Translations under genes and position numbers: made by a program
Notes under the pieces: generated by a model
The model's input: the letters and a program-made list of their open reading frames with translations, nothing else
Database searches by the model: none
What the model was told of the DNA's origin: nothing
Shown: positions 19,228-27,810 of the stretch, piece by piece
Layout: every line of letters begins with the position of its first letter
How positions within the stretch are numbered: position 1 is the first letter of the stretch
Assembly: GCA_025450075.1 (NCBI GenBank)
Contig: JANWIC010000007.1
Coordinates: forward strand, 39,289 to 103,288
Length of the DNA: 64,000 bases
Direction: 5' to 3'
Source: Patescibacteria group bacterium
GTDB taxonomy: Bacteria > Patescibacteriota > Dojkabacteria > JAKAPS01

Positions 19228-19579
19228 AAACTTTTCTCATACAACTCATTGTACGGTATTATGATGAAAATTTTATGAGAAGCTGGAAGAAATGAAACTG
19301 GTTGGTAATTTAAAGAGATGCCATAGCACTTCTAATACATGGGTGGCTATATTTGAACTTCAAACAATTACTATATAAAGAGGATCTTAAAAAACTTTCT
19401 ATGTTTTGTATAGTTTAGAACTATGAGAAGTAATTGAAACTTCAAAAATCAGATATTATGCATAATTATTTGTCTAGTTTTGTAAATGATCAGTTTTTAT
19501 TCAAATATAAATTTCTTAAAGAAATTAACTTGTGTTTTCAATGAGGATTGTTTAGAATAAAATAACAACTCAACTATTT

Positions 19580-21112
19580 ATGGCAGACCAACAATCCCCT
19601 GAACAAGATACTCCGAGAATAAATACCCCTTATTCAGGTGATAGTAGAAGTGAATTAGTTACAACTGATAGTGGAGATCCTGTCGTTTCGAGAAGAACTA
19701 TTTTAAAAAAAGGAGTTTGGGGTGCATTAGGAATTGTTTTGTTAGGAATGGGTGTAGAGGGTTGGAGGAATGCTGGGAGATTAGTACAATTAGCAGAAGA
19801 GGGTTTAGATCCTATCATGTATAACGAGACTCAAGAAGGGGATACAACAGTTATAGAATTCTTTGGATACAACCTTTCAACATTACAACATGTTCTCGAT
19901 GAAAAATTAAGATCAGGAACAAATCCTATCAAAGTAAAAATTCTTCAACCAGAGTTATATAATACTAAGAAGGAAGCCCGATCAGTAAAGGTACCTACAA
20001 GACCCGGACAACCAGAAGAATATGGAGAAGGAATAGCTGGATTATTTATTAAATGTAGACCAAGTGAGACAGGAGAGAAAAGAAAAGTAACAATAATCGG
20101 AGCAAATCCTCCAGAGCCAATAGCACTAGAATTTAATGGAAATGCTTCGATAGAACACCGAAAGAGTCCTCGATTAATTCATCAATCCCATTATGGAATC
20201 TATGCCGAAGGTGTAGATTTAACCATTGAAAATCTTGACTTTTATCAAGGAGATGGAAGTGGAACTAACAATACAGAAAGAGCACATATTTTTGCATATA
20301 ATTCTGAAATTCGCATTAATAATGTAGGGGTTGATGGAAGTTCTGATAATATCGGAACTTCTAATGTCCTTTCACCTGATGGGAAAGTTGTAGGCAAGAC
20401 CTCAAAAGGTTTATCCGGAATCTATCTATTAGATTGTTCTCAAGCTACGATTCAAAAAGTAACATTGACTAAAACGAGTTGGGATGGAATAACTTTGAAT
20501 GGTACAAATGGTAATATAGATAGTGCAACAATTAAAGGAACAATGCTTGATTCAAGTGCGGGAATTGGAATTACACAAAATGGGAGACTCCTGCCTAAGA
20601 ACACTGTCATTATAAGAAACACTCAAGTTGTGTCTCGAATTAAAGGAATTATTGGATTTGATAATGTAGATATTTCGCTTGAGGAAGTTAGTATTGATTA
20701 TAATGGAATGCCTGATAAATCTTATGGAATTGCTGCAACTGGATCAGAACAAACCCCATTAAATTTTTCTATGAAAAGATCTAGCATTAATGGCTTGGGT
20801 GATAATATATTGGCAACCAATGCTCATATAGATAATTCACTCTTTGTTTGCCATGCAGGGAGTAGAGATACAATTGCTTTGTATGGGAGATTTGCAGGTG
20901 ATTTAATTACAATAACACCTGATTCATTTAGAGTTTTTAGAAACAACACAGTACAAGTAAATAGTAGTTTATATACTGACTGTAATTATGAACCAGTGAA
21001 ATTGTTTGATGTGCTTTTCCAAATTTGGTCTTTTTCAATTAAGGATAGTGATTCAAAAGCCTTGTATGAGCAATTCTTAGCACAAGGTAATAAGTTTGAA
21101 ATAGTGGATTAG
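19580..21112 (+). CDS. Tat-signal secreted right-handed beta-helix (pectate-lyase-fold) protein
   Basis: Twin-arginine motif SRRTILKKGVWGALGIVLLG. Repeated NG/DG-rich parallel beta-helix turns (ITLNGTNGNIDSATIKGT...). Confidence 0.55.
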   Translation: MADQQSPEQDTPRINTPYSGDSRSELVTTDSGDPVVSRRTILKKGVWGALGIVLLGMGVEGWRNAGRLVQLAEEGLDPIMYNETQEGDTTVIEFFGYNLSTLQHVLDEKLRSGTNPIKVKILQPELYNTKKEARSVKVPTRPGQPEEYGEGIAGLFIKCRPSETGEKRKVTIIGANPPEPIALEFNGNASIEHRKSPRLIHQSHYGIYAEGVDLTIENLDFYQGDGSGTNNTERAHIFAYNSEIRINNVGVDGSSDNIGTSNVLSPDGKVVGKTSKGLSGIYLLDCSQATIQKVTLTKTSWDGITLNGTNGNIDSATIKGTMLDSSAGIGITQNGRLLPKNTVIIRNTQVVSRIKGIIGFDNVDISLEEVSIDYNGMPDKSYGIAATGSEQTPLNFSMKRSSINGLGDNILATNAHIDNSLFVCHAGSRDTIALYGRFAGDLITITPDSFRVFRNNTVQVNSSLYTDCNYEPVKLFDVLFQIWSFSIKDSDSKALYEQFLAQGNKFEIVD

Positions 21113-21561
21113 AGAATTATATTTAATGCAAAAATATAGCAATAAAGAAGGAGTTAGGGAAGTACCAATTGCAGGCGGGCCAGAGGGAGTTAAATTAAAT
21201 ATAATTTCTACACCTCCCGAAATTATGGAATTTGGCTATCATGAAAATACCTGTTCTAATGAAACTCCAGCTGGATTAAAATAGTGTGCTTAATTAATAG
21301 AACAAACTGAACATGTTGAATCATTTTGGGGAGTTGGTTATCCAATTAAACTTGGAGTACAAGCCGCAATTTTTCAGCCTGAAAAAGATTTTGGTCTAGT
21401 AGATATATCTTTGCAAAATATTTTCTATGCAATGATATTATTTGCTACATTTAAAAGCGGATTTACTATTCTAAAAAAGGTTATCATTGGATAAATAGGA
21501 AGATTAAAGGATATGTTGGAAAATAGAGAATACTTACAAAAACTTAAACAATAAAGATTAA

Positions 21562-22356
21562 TTATGAAATTTTTCGAATTTTTAATAGTTCTTCAAAATC
21601 GTTTTGATTAAATTCAATATCTACTTTCAAAGCTTTAGCATGTTTTCTAAATAATTCAAAGAGTTCCATAAGAGATTGAAGTAAAGAACCTTCTTCTCTT
21701 GATCTGATCTGTTCTCTATTAGAAAAGTCAATTAAAGTAACAATTGATTTCTTGTCTTGGGTGAAATGAAATAAAATATTGCCAGGATTTGGATCATACA
21801 TCCATATTCCTGTATTCAAAAATAAAGTAGCAGCTTTCCTAAATGCAATTGCATATGTGTCACTTATCAATTTCGTTGTTGCTATTCCATCTTTTACATA
21901 TCGTTCAATTGTTGGTCCTAAATGGGGACAAACAAATGCATCCAATTCTTGATTACCCACATTAACTTTAACCATTCGAAATTTAGCGCAGGCTTCTTGT
22001 TTAACTCCACACCAATTTGCAGCTTTTAAGCCATACTTGCATGCTTGAGTAAGTTGGTTTAAAAGTATGTGGTATCTTTTGCTTTCAATTGAATCAAGAT
22101 AGAACGGATTAACAATTTTAAGCCATTCTTCAGAGGTTGGATTAAAGAAAATTATGTAATAGTCTGGTGTATCATTAATTGGCTCATTATGGTTAGTGAT
22201 ATGTCCTTTAACTTGGTACCAAGTTGAAGTTCTTCCTTCAACTTGAATTGGGATAGCGGCTATTGATTCCCAAGCATTGGCAGTAACCTGTACTGTATCC
22301 AAATCAATTGAGTCGGTTTCACTGCTCAATAATAATTGTTCATTAACATTTGACAT
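21562..22356 (-). CDS. atypical protein-kinase-like (PKL) fold protein (Kdo/RIO/APH-like catalytic loop)
   Basis: MYDPNPGNILF (cf. HGDLHPGNIL) and LIDFSN (DFG-like). Confidence 0.45.
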   Translation of the reverse strand: MSNVNEQLLLSSETDSIDLDTVQVTANAWESIAAIPIQVEGRTSTWYQVKGHITNHNEPINDTPDYYIIFFNPTSEEWLKIVNPFYLDSIESKRYHILLNQLTQACKYGLKAANWCGVKQEACAKFRMVKVNVGNQELDAFVCPHLGPTIERYVKDGIATTKLISDTYAIAFRKAATLFLNTGIWMYDPNPGNILFHFTQDKKSIVTLIDFSNREQIRSREEGSLLQSLMELFELFRKHAKALKVDIEFNQNDFEELLKIRKIS

Positions 22357-22415
22357 TTTTATAAATTTTGAGATCTATAGTATAATATAAAAAATTTGAA
22401 AGTAATTAAAGTGTC

Positions 22416-22652
22416 ATGGAAAATCATATCTGGGTATGTGAATGTATAAATGGAAGTGATGGTGAAATAGTTATTAGAACACCATTATCTGAGGAACAAT
22501 TAGCTAGTTTGAAAAATAATCCTGATATTCCTGAAACAATATGTAATAATGGTGATATTGTTTGTCAGGATTGTGGGATAACTTTTGGTAACAAACCTAG
22601 AAAACATACTTCTCGAAATTCTGTTGCTGATATCGAAAATAATCTCGAATAG
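22416..22652 (+). CDS. small zinc-ribbon protein (78 aa)
   Basis: CECINGSDGE...CNNGDIVCQDC; lies between the divergent kinase-like genes. Confidence 0.35.
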   Translation: MENHIWVCECINGSDGEIVIRTPLSEEQLASLKNNPDIPETICNNGDIVCQDCGITFGNKPRKHTSRNSVADIENNLE

Positions 22653-22797
22653 GGTTAAAAGATATTGATGCAACAAAAGATTCTTAATGATAACCTCAGA
22701 TTAATTTTTATATTCAAAGTGTTTTAGAATCTTTCTTATAATAATAGATAGGGACTATATTTAGAGCAATATTCCATTTAAATGATATAAACCAAAC

Positions 22798-23799
22798 ATG
22801 CATACAAGTTCTTCAGGTAATATAAGCGAATATGACAAGTATCTTGCTTCGCTGCATAGTAATTTAGTAACTCCGGATGAGTTTATTCGTGATGTTGTAA
22901 AAGAGGGAAGTGGTAGTGAGATGCTTGAAAAGCATCGCATTATTGCAGGAGAAGTAAGTGAGGTATATAAAATCATTTTAGTAAATCATAAGGAATTAAT
23001 ACTCAGGATTTCAAGAAGTGGCTATCCTAACTTCCAGCAGGAAATATGGGCAATTAAACAAGTAAAGCAAGTTGGTGTTTCTGCTCCTACAATTTTATTG
23101 GTGAAATACTTACCAATAAATGGCAAAGAGTATTCTTTTTGTCTAATGGAGAAGCTAGAAGGAGGACCTCTCGAAAGAGGGGATATAAAGTTTTGGGAAT
23201 ATACTGCAGAAGAACAAGCAGCATATATACGACAAGCAGGGGAGCTGCTATCAAGGATTCATTCAATAAAAACGAATGGCTTTGGATGGATCATTGGAGA
23301 AGGAAAACCTCAATATGAAAATTCTGAAGATTTAATAAATGAATGGTTAAATAAAGTAGAACGATTCCAAAAGATTATGGAATCTCAAAATTTTGCCAAA
23401 ACTAAAATTGATAGAGCAATAAAAATCGTTTCTGAGCTAAAAGAAGTATATAAAAATGTCGTTCCCTCTCTTAATCATGCAGACTTTGGTCATAAGCATT
23501 TTATGGTAATTGGAGATAAAATAGTTGGGATAATAGATTGGGGTTCGGTAAGAAGTGATTCAGCTGTTTATGACTTTGCTTGTTGGGATTATTGGTTTGG
23601 ACATTATATTCCGACTAAATGGTTGCAGGAAGGCTACGTGAACAAAGATGTTTTTGACGATTCTTTTGAGGATATCCTGCATAGAATCCGTATTATGAAA
23701 GGATTGGAGGTTTTGGACTGGTATGATCGAGAACATTATATACAGATGGTAAAAGATGCCCTAGAAAAACTTCAAAAAGATATACAATACTTTAGTTAA
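22798..23799 (+). CDS. phosphotransferase-family (APH/choline-kinase-like) protein
   Basis: LNHADFGHKHFMV...GIIDWGSVRSD resembles the APH catalytic loop and DFG region. The loop Asn is replaced by His. Confidence 0.55.
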   Translation: MHTSSSGNISEYDKYLASLHSNLVTPDEFIRDVVKEGSGSEMLEKHRIIAGEVSEVYKIILVNHKELILRISRSGYPNFQQEIWAIKQVKQVGVSAPTILLVKYLPINGKEYSFCLMEKLEGGPLERGDIKFWEYTAEEQAAYIRQAGELLSRIHSIKTNGFGWIIGEGKPQYENSEDLINEWLNKVERFQKIMESQNFAKTKIDRAIKIVSELKEVYKNVVPSLNHADFGHKHFMVIGDKIVGIIDWGSVRSDSAVYDFACWDYWFGHYIPTKWLQEGYVNKDVFDDSFEDILHRIRIMKGLEVLDWYDREHYIQMVKDALEKLQKDIQYFS

Positions 23800-24540
23800 T
23801 CAATATAAATACATTAAAAATCTATAGCAACATCTATCAATAACTTAGGTTTCATAACTGAAGTAATACTTTGGCCTATGTAATAATGGAGATGTACTAT
23901 CATACATAATAAAGAAAGCTATTACAATAATTCCAACTGCAACAAAATCAGAAATCACCACGCATGTAACTACATCAACTTCTACACCTACTACACTCCC
24001 CTCATTGAATAAAAGTATCTCGCAATCTGTTGGACACATCCTCCAGGGAATGATGCTAAGGAATCTTTAAAATAATGAGCGGTGCAAACTGTACGATTGT
24101 TGTGTAATATAAAGTCTGGTTCAAGTAAAGCAGCAGGATTGACTTCTCATTATTGTCTAGTAAATGGAATTTGGAATAAGGATGCCATCAATAAAAAAAA
24201 TTAATTGCAGTTCGTACTTCAATAAAAAGAATAGTACGAAGTAAAATTCGTGCGCATAATGGATATGGAATCATCACTATTCTTAAAAAAGCCCTATATA
24301 ATAAGGCGTTTGGAAAAACATCAATTAGTCTTTTTGATATATTACATAAAAGAAAGATATATTAAGCATTATTCTTCAGAAAATATAAGTTATAACTATT
24401 CATCAAAGTGCTAAATAAACATAGAATACTCTAACCGCTTCTGCAGGTCTTATTCTTACAATGGGAGAAAGTAAAACCACCATTTCATGATGCATAGTGC
24501 ATATGTATGGTGTATAATTCAGCTATATAATTACTATAGT

Positions 24541-25191
24541 ATGAAGCTAATCGATGTTCCACTATATTTGCAAACTCCTGGTTCAATTGATTGTGGTCCA
24601 GCTTGTATACAAATGCTCTATGATCATTTCCTAGGAAAGAAGATTGATATTGAAGAGGTAAAGAAACAGTTGGATTATACTGAAGTTGGAACTACGCTTT
24701 ATCAGAATGGCTCTCAATTATTAAAGGAAGGACTAAAAGTAACAGCAATTTCAGCAAACCCATTAGTTTTTCCAGGTAATACATGGGACCAATTAAAAAC
24801 TAATGAAGATGTAAGAGAATATATACAAAAAAAATATGATGATTCATATTTAGATGATCATTTTAAGTTAATATATAGAACTCTTTTGCAATTTATTGAT
24901 GATGGGGGAGACTTTAAAGTTAAAATTCCAGATTTTAATGATATAAAAGATGCGATTGATAGGGATGCTATTGTATGTGCATTAAACTATACTCAGCCTT
25001 TAGGGGAAAATGAAGGAACTTTTCACTTTGTTTTAGTTACAGGATATGATGAGGGAAGAGTTTTTATAAATAACTCATGGCCATTATCTCAAAAGCAGGC
25101 ATGGTTTCCTATTGATAAATTCTTATTTGCTGTGCATAGTTCAGCGCTTGGAGATGCTGATAATGCAAGCTTTTTGATAGTTTCAAAATAA
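24541..25191 (+). CDS. C39-like papain-fold cysteine peptidase domain protein (stand-alone)
   Basis: Q..GSIDCGPACIQML (Gln/Cys oxyanion-catalytic pair) and HFVLVTGYD...N (His/Asp). Confidence 0.55.
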   Translation: MKLIDVPLYLQTPGSIDCGPACIQMLYDHFLGKKIDIEEVKKQLDYTEVGTTLYQNGSQLLKEGLKVTAISANPLVFPGNTWDQLKTNEDVREYIQKKYDDSYLDDHFKLIYRTLLQFIDDGGDFKVKIPDFNDIKDAIDRDAIVCALNYTQPLGENEGTFHFVLVTGYDEGRVFINNSWPLSQKQAWFPIDKFLFAVHSSALGDADNASFLIVSK

Positions 25192-25213
25192 TATATTTCA
25201 ACTGTATTAATAA

Positions 25214-25579
25214 CTACATCTTTTTAATCACTAAAGATCCTAATAATCCAGTTTCACCTGCAATATCATTTTTAACTATTTGAAAAGAGGAATTAGAAGT
25301 AATAATTCCTCTTTTCAAATATTCTTCAATTAGGGGATATAATTCATCAAAATGTCTAGCAATTTTACCACCAATAATAATTCTTTCAGGATCAAGAACA
25401 GAAATGATATTATAAATGACAATAGCAATATTTTTTGTCACTTTTTTTATTATATCCGTTGCAATAGGGTCAGATCTTGTATAACCATCAATAATATCTG
25501 AAACAGTAATCAGCGAAATATCTTCAAAAGTAAACTTTTGGATATTATCTCCCTTTCTTAAAAGTTCTTTAGCAAGTCC
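25214..25579 (-). pseudogene. truncated ROK-family sugar kinase/regulator, C-terminal ~120 aa only
   Basis: ...IAIVIYNIISVLDPERIIIGGKIARHF...DIAGETGLLGSLV is the ROK C-terminal half. The frame is closed by a TAA at 25580-25582, 40 nt from the ssrA 3' end. The N-terminal ATP-binding half is absent. Confidence 0.5.
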
Positions 25580-25620
25580 TTATGCAGTTTTTGAGTATGT
25601 TGGGCAGTGTGAATTTAAAG

Positions 25621-26045
25621 TGGTGGAGATGGGGGGAGTCGAACCCCCGTACAAGACAAAAGAACAGATATAGTACTACAAGCTTACTTAGCTTCGTTTT
25701 TTTACATTCAGATCCTCAAAGCTAAGAAAAAAGATCATGAAAGGATATAATTAAGTACATATCAAGTTGCTATATCAGACAGCATGACATATACCTGACT
25801 GTTTTTTTGCCCTACTATTCCCATCAGGCGAGGTTTAGTAAAACACCAGCGATCTAATTTAGATATATGCTGGAGTATAAGCTGGAGCTCTGAAGAAATT
25901 AACTACAGAAGCTACTGTTGCCTGTACTTTTTGACTGAATGTGTTTGCATTTATGTCATTGGTACGTTTTTTTACGAAGTTATTACCATAATCTTCGGCT
26001 TGCTATATAAGCCCTATTTACCCTGGCGAAACCAAATACATCCCC
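25621..26045 (-). ncRNA. ssrA: tmRNA (ssrA)
   Basis: 5' GGGGATGTATTTGGTTTCGCCAGGG (cf. conserved GGGG...GGAUUCGACGGG). 3' GGGGGTTCGACTCCCCC-CATCTCC-A-CCA. The acceptor has a G3:U70 (Ala identity) pair and an encoded CCA. A candidate tag ORF starts GCA AAC (A N...). Confidence 0.75.
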
Positions 26046-26067
26046 ATAGGTATAGACTTTTTTCAAT

Positions 26068-26715
26068 GTGCTGAGTGATAGTATTATATCAAATATTTAC
26101 GAAATTCTCAATTATGTGCTATTATTTCTAAGTACATCATTAACTGTCCATAACGTGAAGAATACGATTAATCTTCTATCCTTCAAAGAAGGTCCTCTCA
26201 CCTTTTGGGAGAAATTCTATATCTGGGCACTTTCAATTGGTAGGTATATCATTATCATTACAGAATTGATTGTCCTGATAGGCTTTTTCTTGAAATTCAA
26301 GGTTGATAATGATATCGCCAATATTAAGACGGATTTGAATGCAAATGTTGAGGTTTTAAAAGAGAACCAGGCGAAAGAAAATGAAATCAAGATATATCAA
26401 AAAAGGATTAGTACGCAGGAAGCTATCATGAATAACCAGTCTCCCATCTATTCTCTTTTAACTCACACTATTTCTCTTATCCCTCCAACAGTTAAAGTTG
26501 ATTCTCTTAATTTCCATAACAAGGGACAGATCTTGATCCAGGGAAGTATTACAGGAACGGGAAATGTCCAGTTGAATACGCTGCAAAACCTTGCCGATAC
26601 GTATCGTGGAGATAAGGCATATGTGAATGTTGCTGAAACGAATGTCTCGACAAATTCTCAGGAAAATCTGACCAATTTTTCAATTACTATGAACGTTAAT
26701 ACTTTAGGCCAATGA
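26068..26715 (+). CDS. PilN-like type IV pilus assembly protein (TM + coiled coil)
   Basis: Single TM followed by a charged coiled-coil region and then a Ser/Thr/Asn-rich domain. Assigned from architecture only. Confidence 0.35.
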   Translation: MLSDSIISNIYEILNYVLLFLSTSLTVHNVKNTINLLSFKEGPLTFWEKFYIWALSIGRYIIIITELIVLIGFFLKFKVDNDIANIKTDLNANVEVLKENQAKENEIKIYQKRISTQEAIMNNQSPIYSLLTHTISLIPPTVKVDSLNFHNKGQILIQGSITGTGNVQLNTLQNLADTYRGDKAYVNVAETNVSTNSQENLTNFSITMNVNTLGQ

Positions 26716-27341
26716 TCACATACAATAAATTAAGAAAAACAGTAACAGTAAATTTCCAAGATATAAGGACAAGGACTTATACTATTATGGCCTTTACATT
26801 TCTGACAGTTCTTGTGCTTGCTGTATTTGCCATCCGTCCCGTTGTATTCAAACTATCTGATGAAATCGGGCTATACAATGATTTACAGCAAAAAGACCAG
26901 CAGGTAAAACAAAATCTTTCGGACCTTGCCCAGGCTGAAAATGTGTATGAAGGGGCGGTGAAAGATAATATTAATATACTGAATACAGCTCTTCCGAGAA
27001 CTCCTGAAACAGGCCCTTTATTTGCAAATATAAATGCAATTGCTGGTTCCCATAATGTGGAGATTGATTCTACAAATTTCCAATCTACAACCCAGATCAC
27101 TTCCGAGCTGCAGAATGTGGATCCGAGTTTATTACCTCACTTTGTCGGTGCTGCACCGTTGTATTTCTCAGTATCGGGAAGCGGGGCACAATCCGATGTT
27201 GCTGCATTTGTATCTGATCTGGAAAATTATCCGCGTACCTTTACTATTTTAAACATTACCCTAAGCAACTCATATGATAAAACTGGAAATGTTATTTCCC
27301 AGCAATACTCAATACTCGGGTATGTATTTTACCTACTTTAG
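26712..27341 (+). CDS. PilO-like type IV pilus assembly protein
   Basis: TM, then a coiled coil (LQQKDQQVKQNLSDLAQAE), then a periplasmic domain. Overlaps the previous gene by 4 nt. Confidence 0.35.
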   Translation: MITYNKLRKTVTVNFQDIRTRTYTIMAFTFLTVLVLAVFAIRPVVFKLSDEIGLYNDLQQKDQQVKQNLSDLAQAENVYEGAVKDNINILNTALPRTPETGPLFANINAIAGSHNVEIDSTNFQSTTQITSELQNVDPSLLPHFVGAAPLYFSVSGSGAQSDVAAFVSDLENYPRTFTILNITLSNSYDKTGNVISQQYSILGYVFYLL

Positions 27342-27343
27342 CT

Positions 27344-27598
27344 ATGAATAGAAAAAACGTCACATTCTTGCTGTTATCCTGTATCGTAGCGGTTATCTGG
27401 ATTGTATATACGGTATATTCAAACTTAACAGCAGTGGATTATACGACACAGGAAAATATCCCGGTTTCCTTATCTCCAATAAGTACGAATTTACATCTAG
27501 AGACTTTAAAGAAAGTAAACGCGTTAGGAGCGAATATTAAAGTGAGTAATCAGAGCCTGCAGCCGAGCAGTACACCGACTCCCACTCCTGGGTCATAA
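27344..27598 (+). CDS. small membrane protein (84 aa) with a Pro/Thr tail
   Basis: N-terminal TM; continues the pilN/O-like operon. Confidence 0.35.
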   Translation: MNRKNVTFLLLSCIVAVIWIVYTVYSNLTAVDYTTQENIPVSLSPISTNLHLETLKKVNALGANIKVSNQSLQPSSTPTPTPGS

Positions 27599-27612
27599 TT
27601 GCCTTGAAGTGT

Positions 27613-27641
27613 TTGACATATTTGATAATTTTTGGTAGTAT
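27613..27641 (+). promoter_or_regulatory. sigma70-like promoter (TTGACA -17- TAGTAT) ~170 nt upstream of rpoB
   Basis: Consensus -35 at 27613-27618 and -10 at 27636-27641. Implies a long 5' leader for rpoB. Confidence 0.4.
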
Positions 27642-27810
27642 GAGCGTGTCCAAATTGATTCGCGGAGTTAAAAACCTACATGCTTACAATAAAATCGTGA
27701 TTAATTAGATTACGTGCTACCCTGTTGCCTGGGTGGTTTTGTGTGCGCTCTGAGGGTTTTTTATTCTTCGAATTACGTTCTTCTATTTTATTTAAGCCTC
27801 GATTAATACT

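Noticed and set aside
21126-21284. 52-codon ORF in the 450-bp gap (MQKYSNKEGV...)
   Set aside because: Too short, no RBS, and neighbouring fragments are in different frames. Treated as possible gene debris rather than a CDS.
23845-24039. 64-aa minus-strand ORF after the APH-like gene
   Set aside because: Hydrophobic low-complexity translation, no start context, and it lies in a terminator/AT-rich region. Probably spurious.
24200-24250. Perfect 8-bp inverted repeat TTCGTACT-N16-AGTACGAA in the noncoding stretch upstream of the C39-like gene
   Set aside because: It is isolated, has no following T-run and no adjacent recognisable promoter. It is noted, but there is not enough context to assign a function.
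25621-25700. Apparent tRNA 3' half (T-arm + acceptor + CCA) with no matching 5' half nearby
   Set aside because: Reinterpreted as the 3' tRNA-like domain of tmRNA. The pairing 5' strand GGGGATG is 425 nt away at 26039-26045.
27700-27790. Possible attenuator or terminator in the rpoB leader (G/C segment followed by GGGTTTTTTATT)
   Set aside because: I could not find a convincing stem preceding the T-run. Only the upstream promoter is reported.
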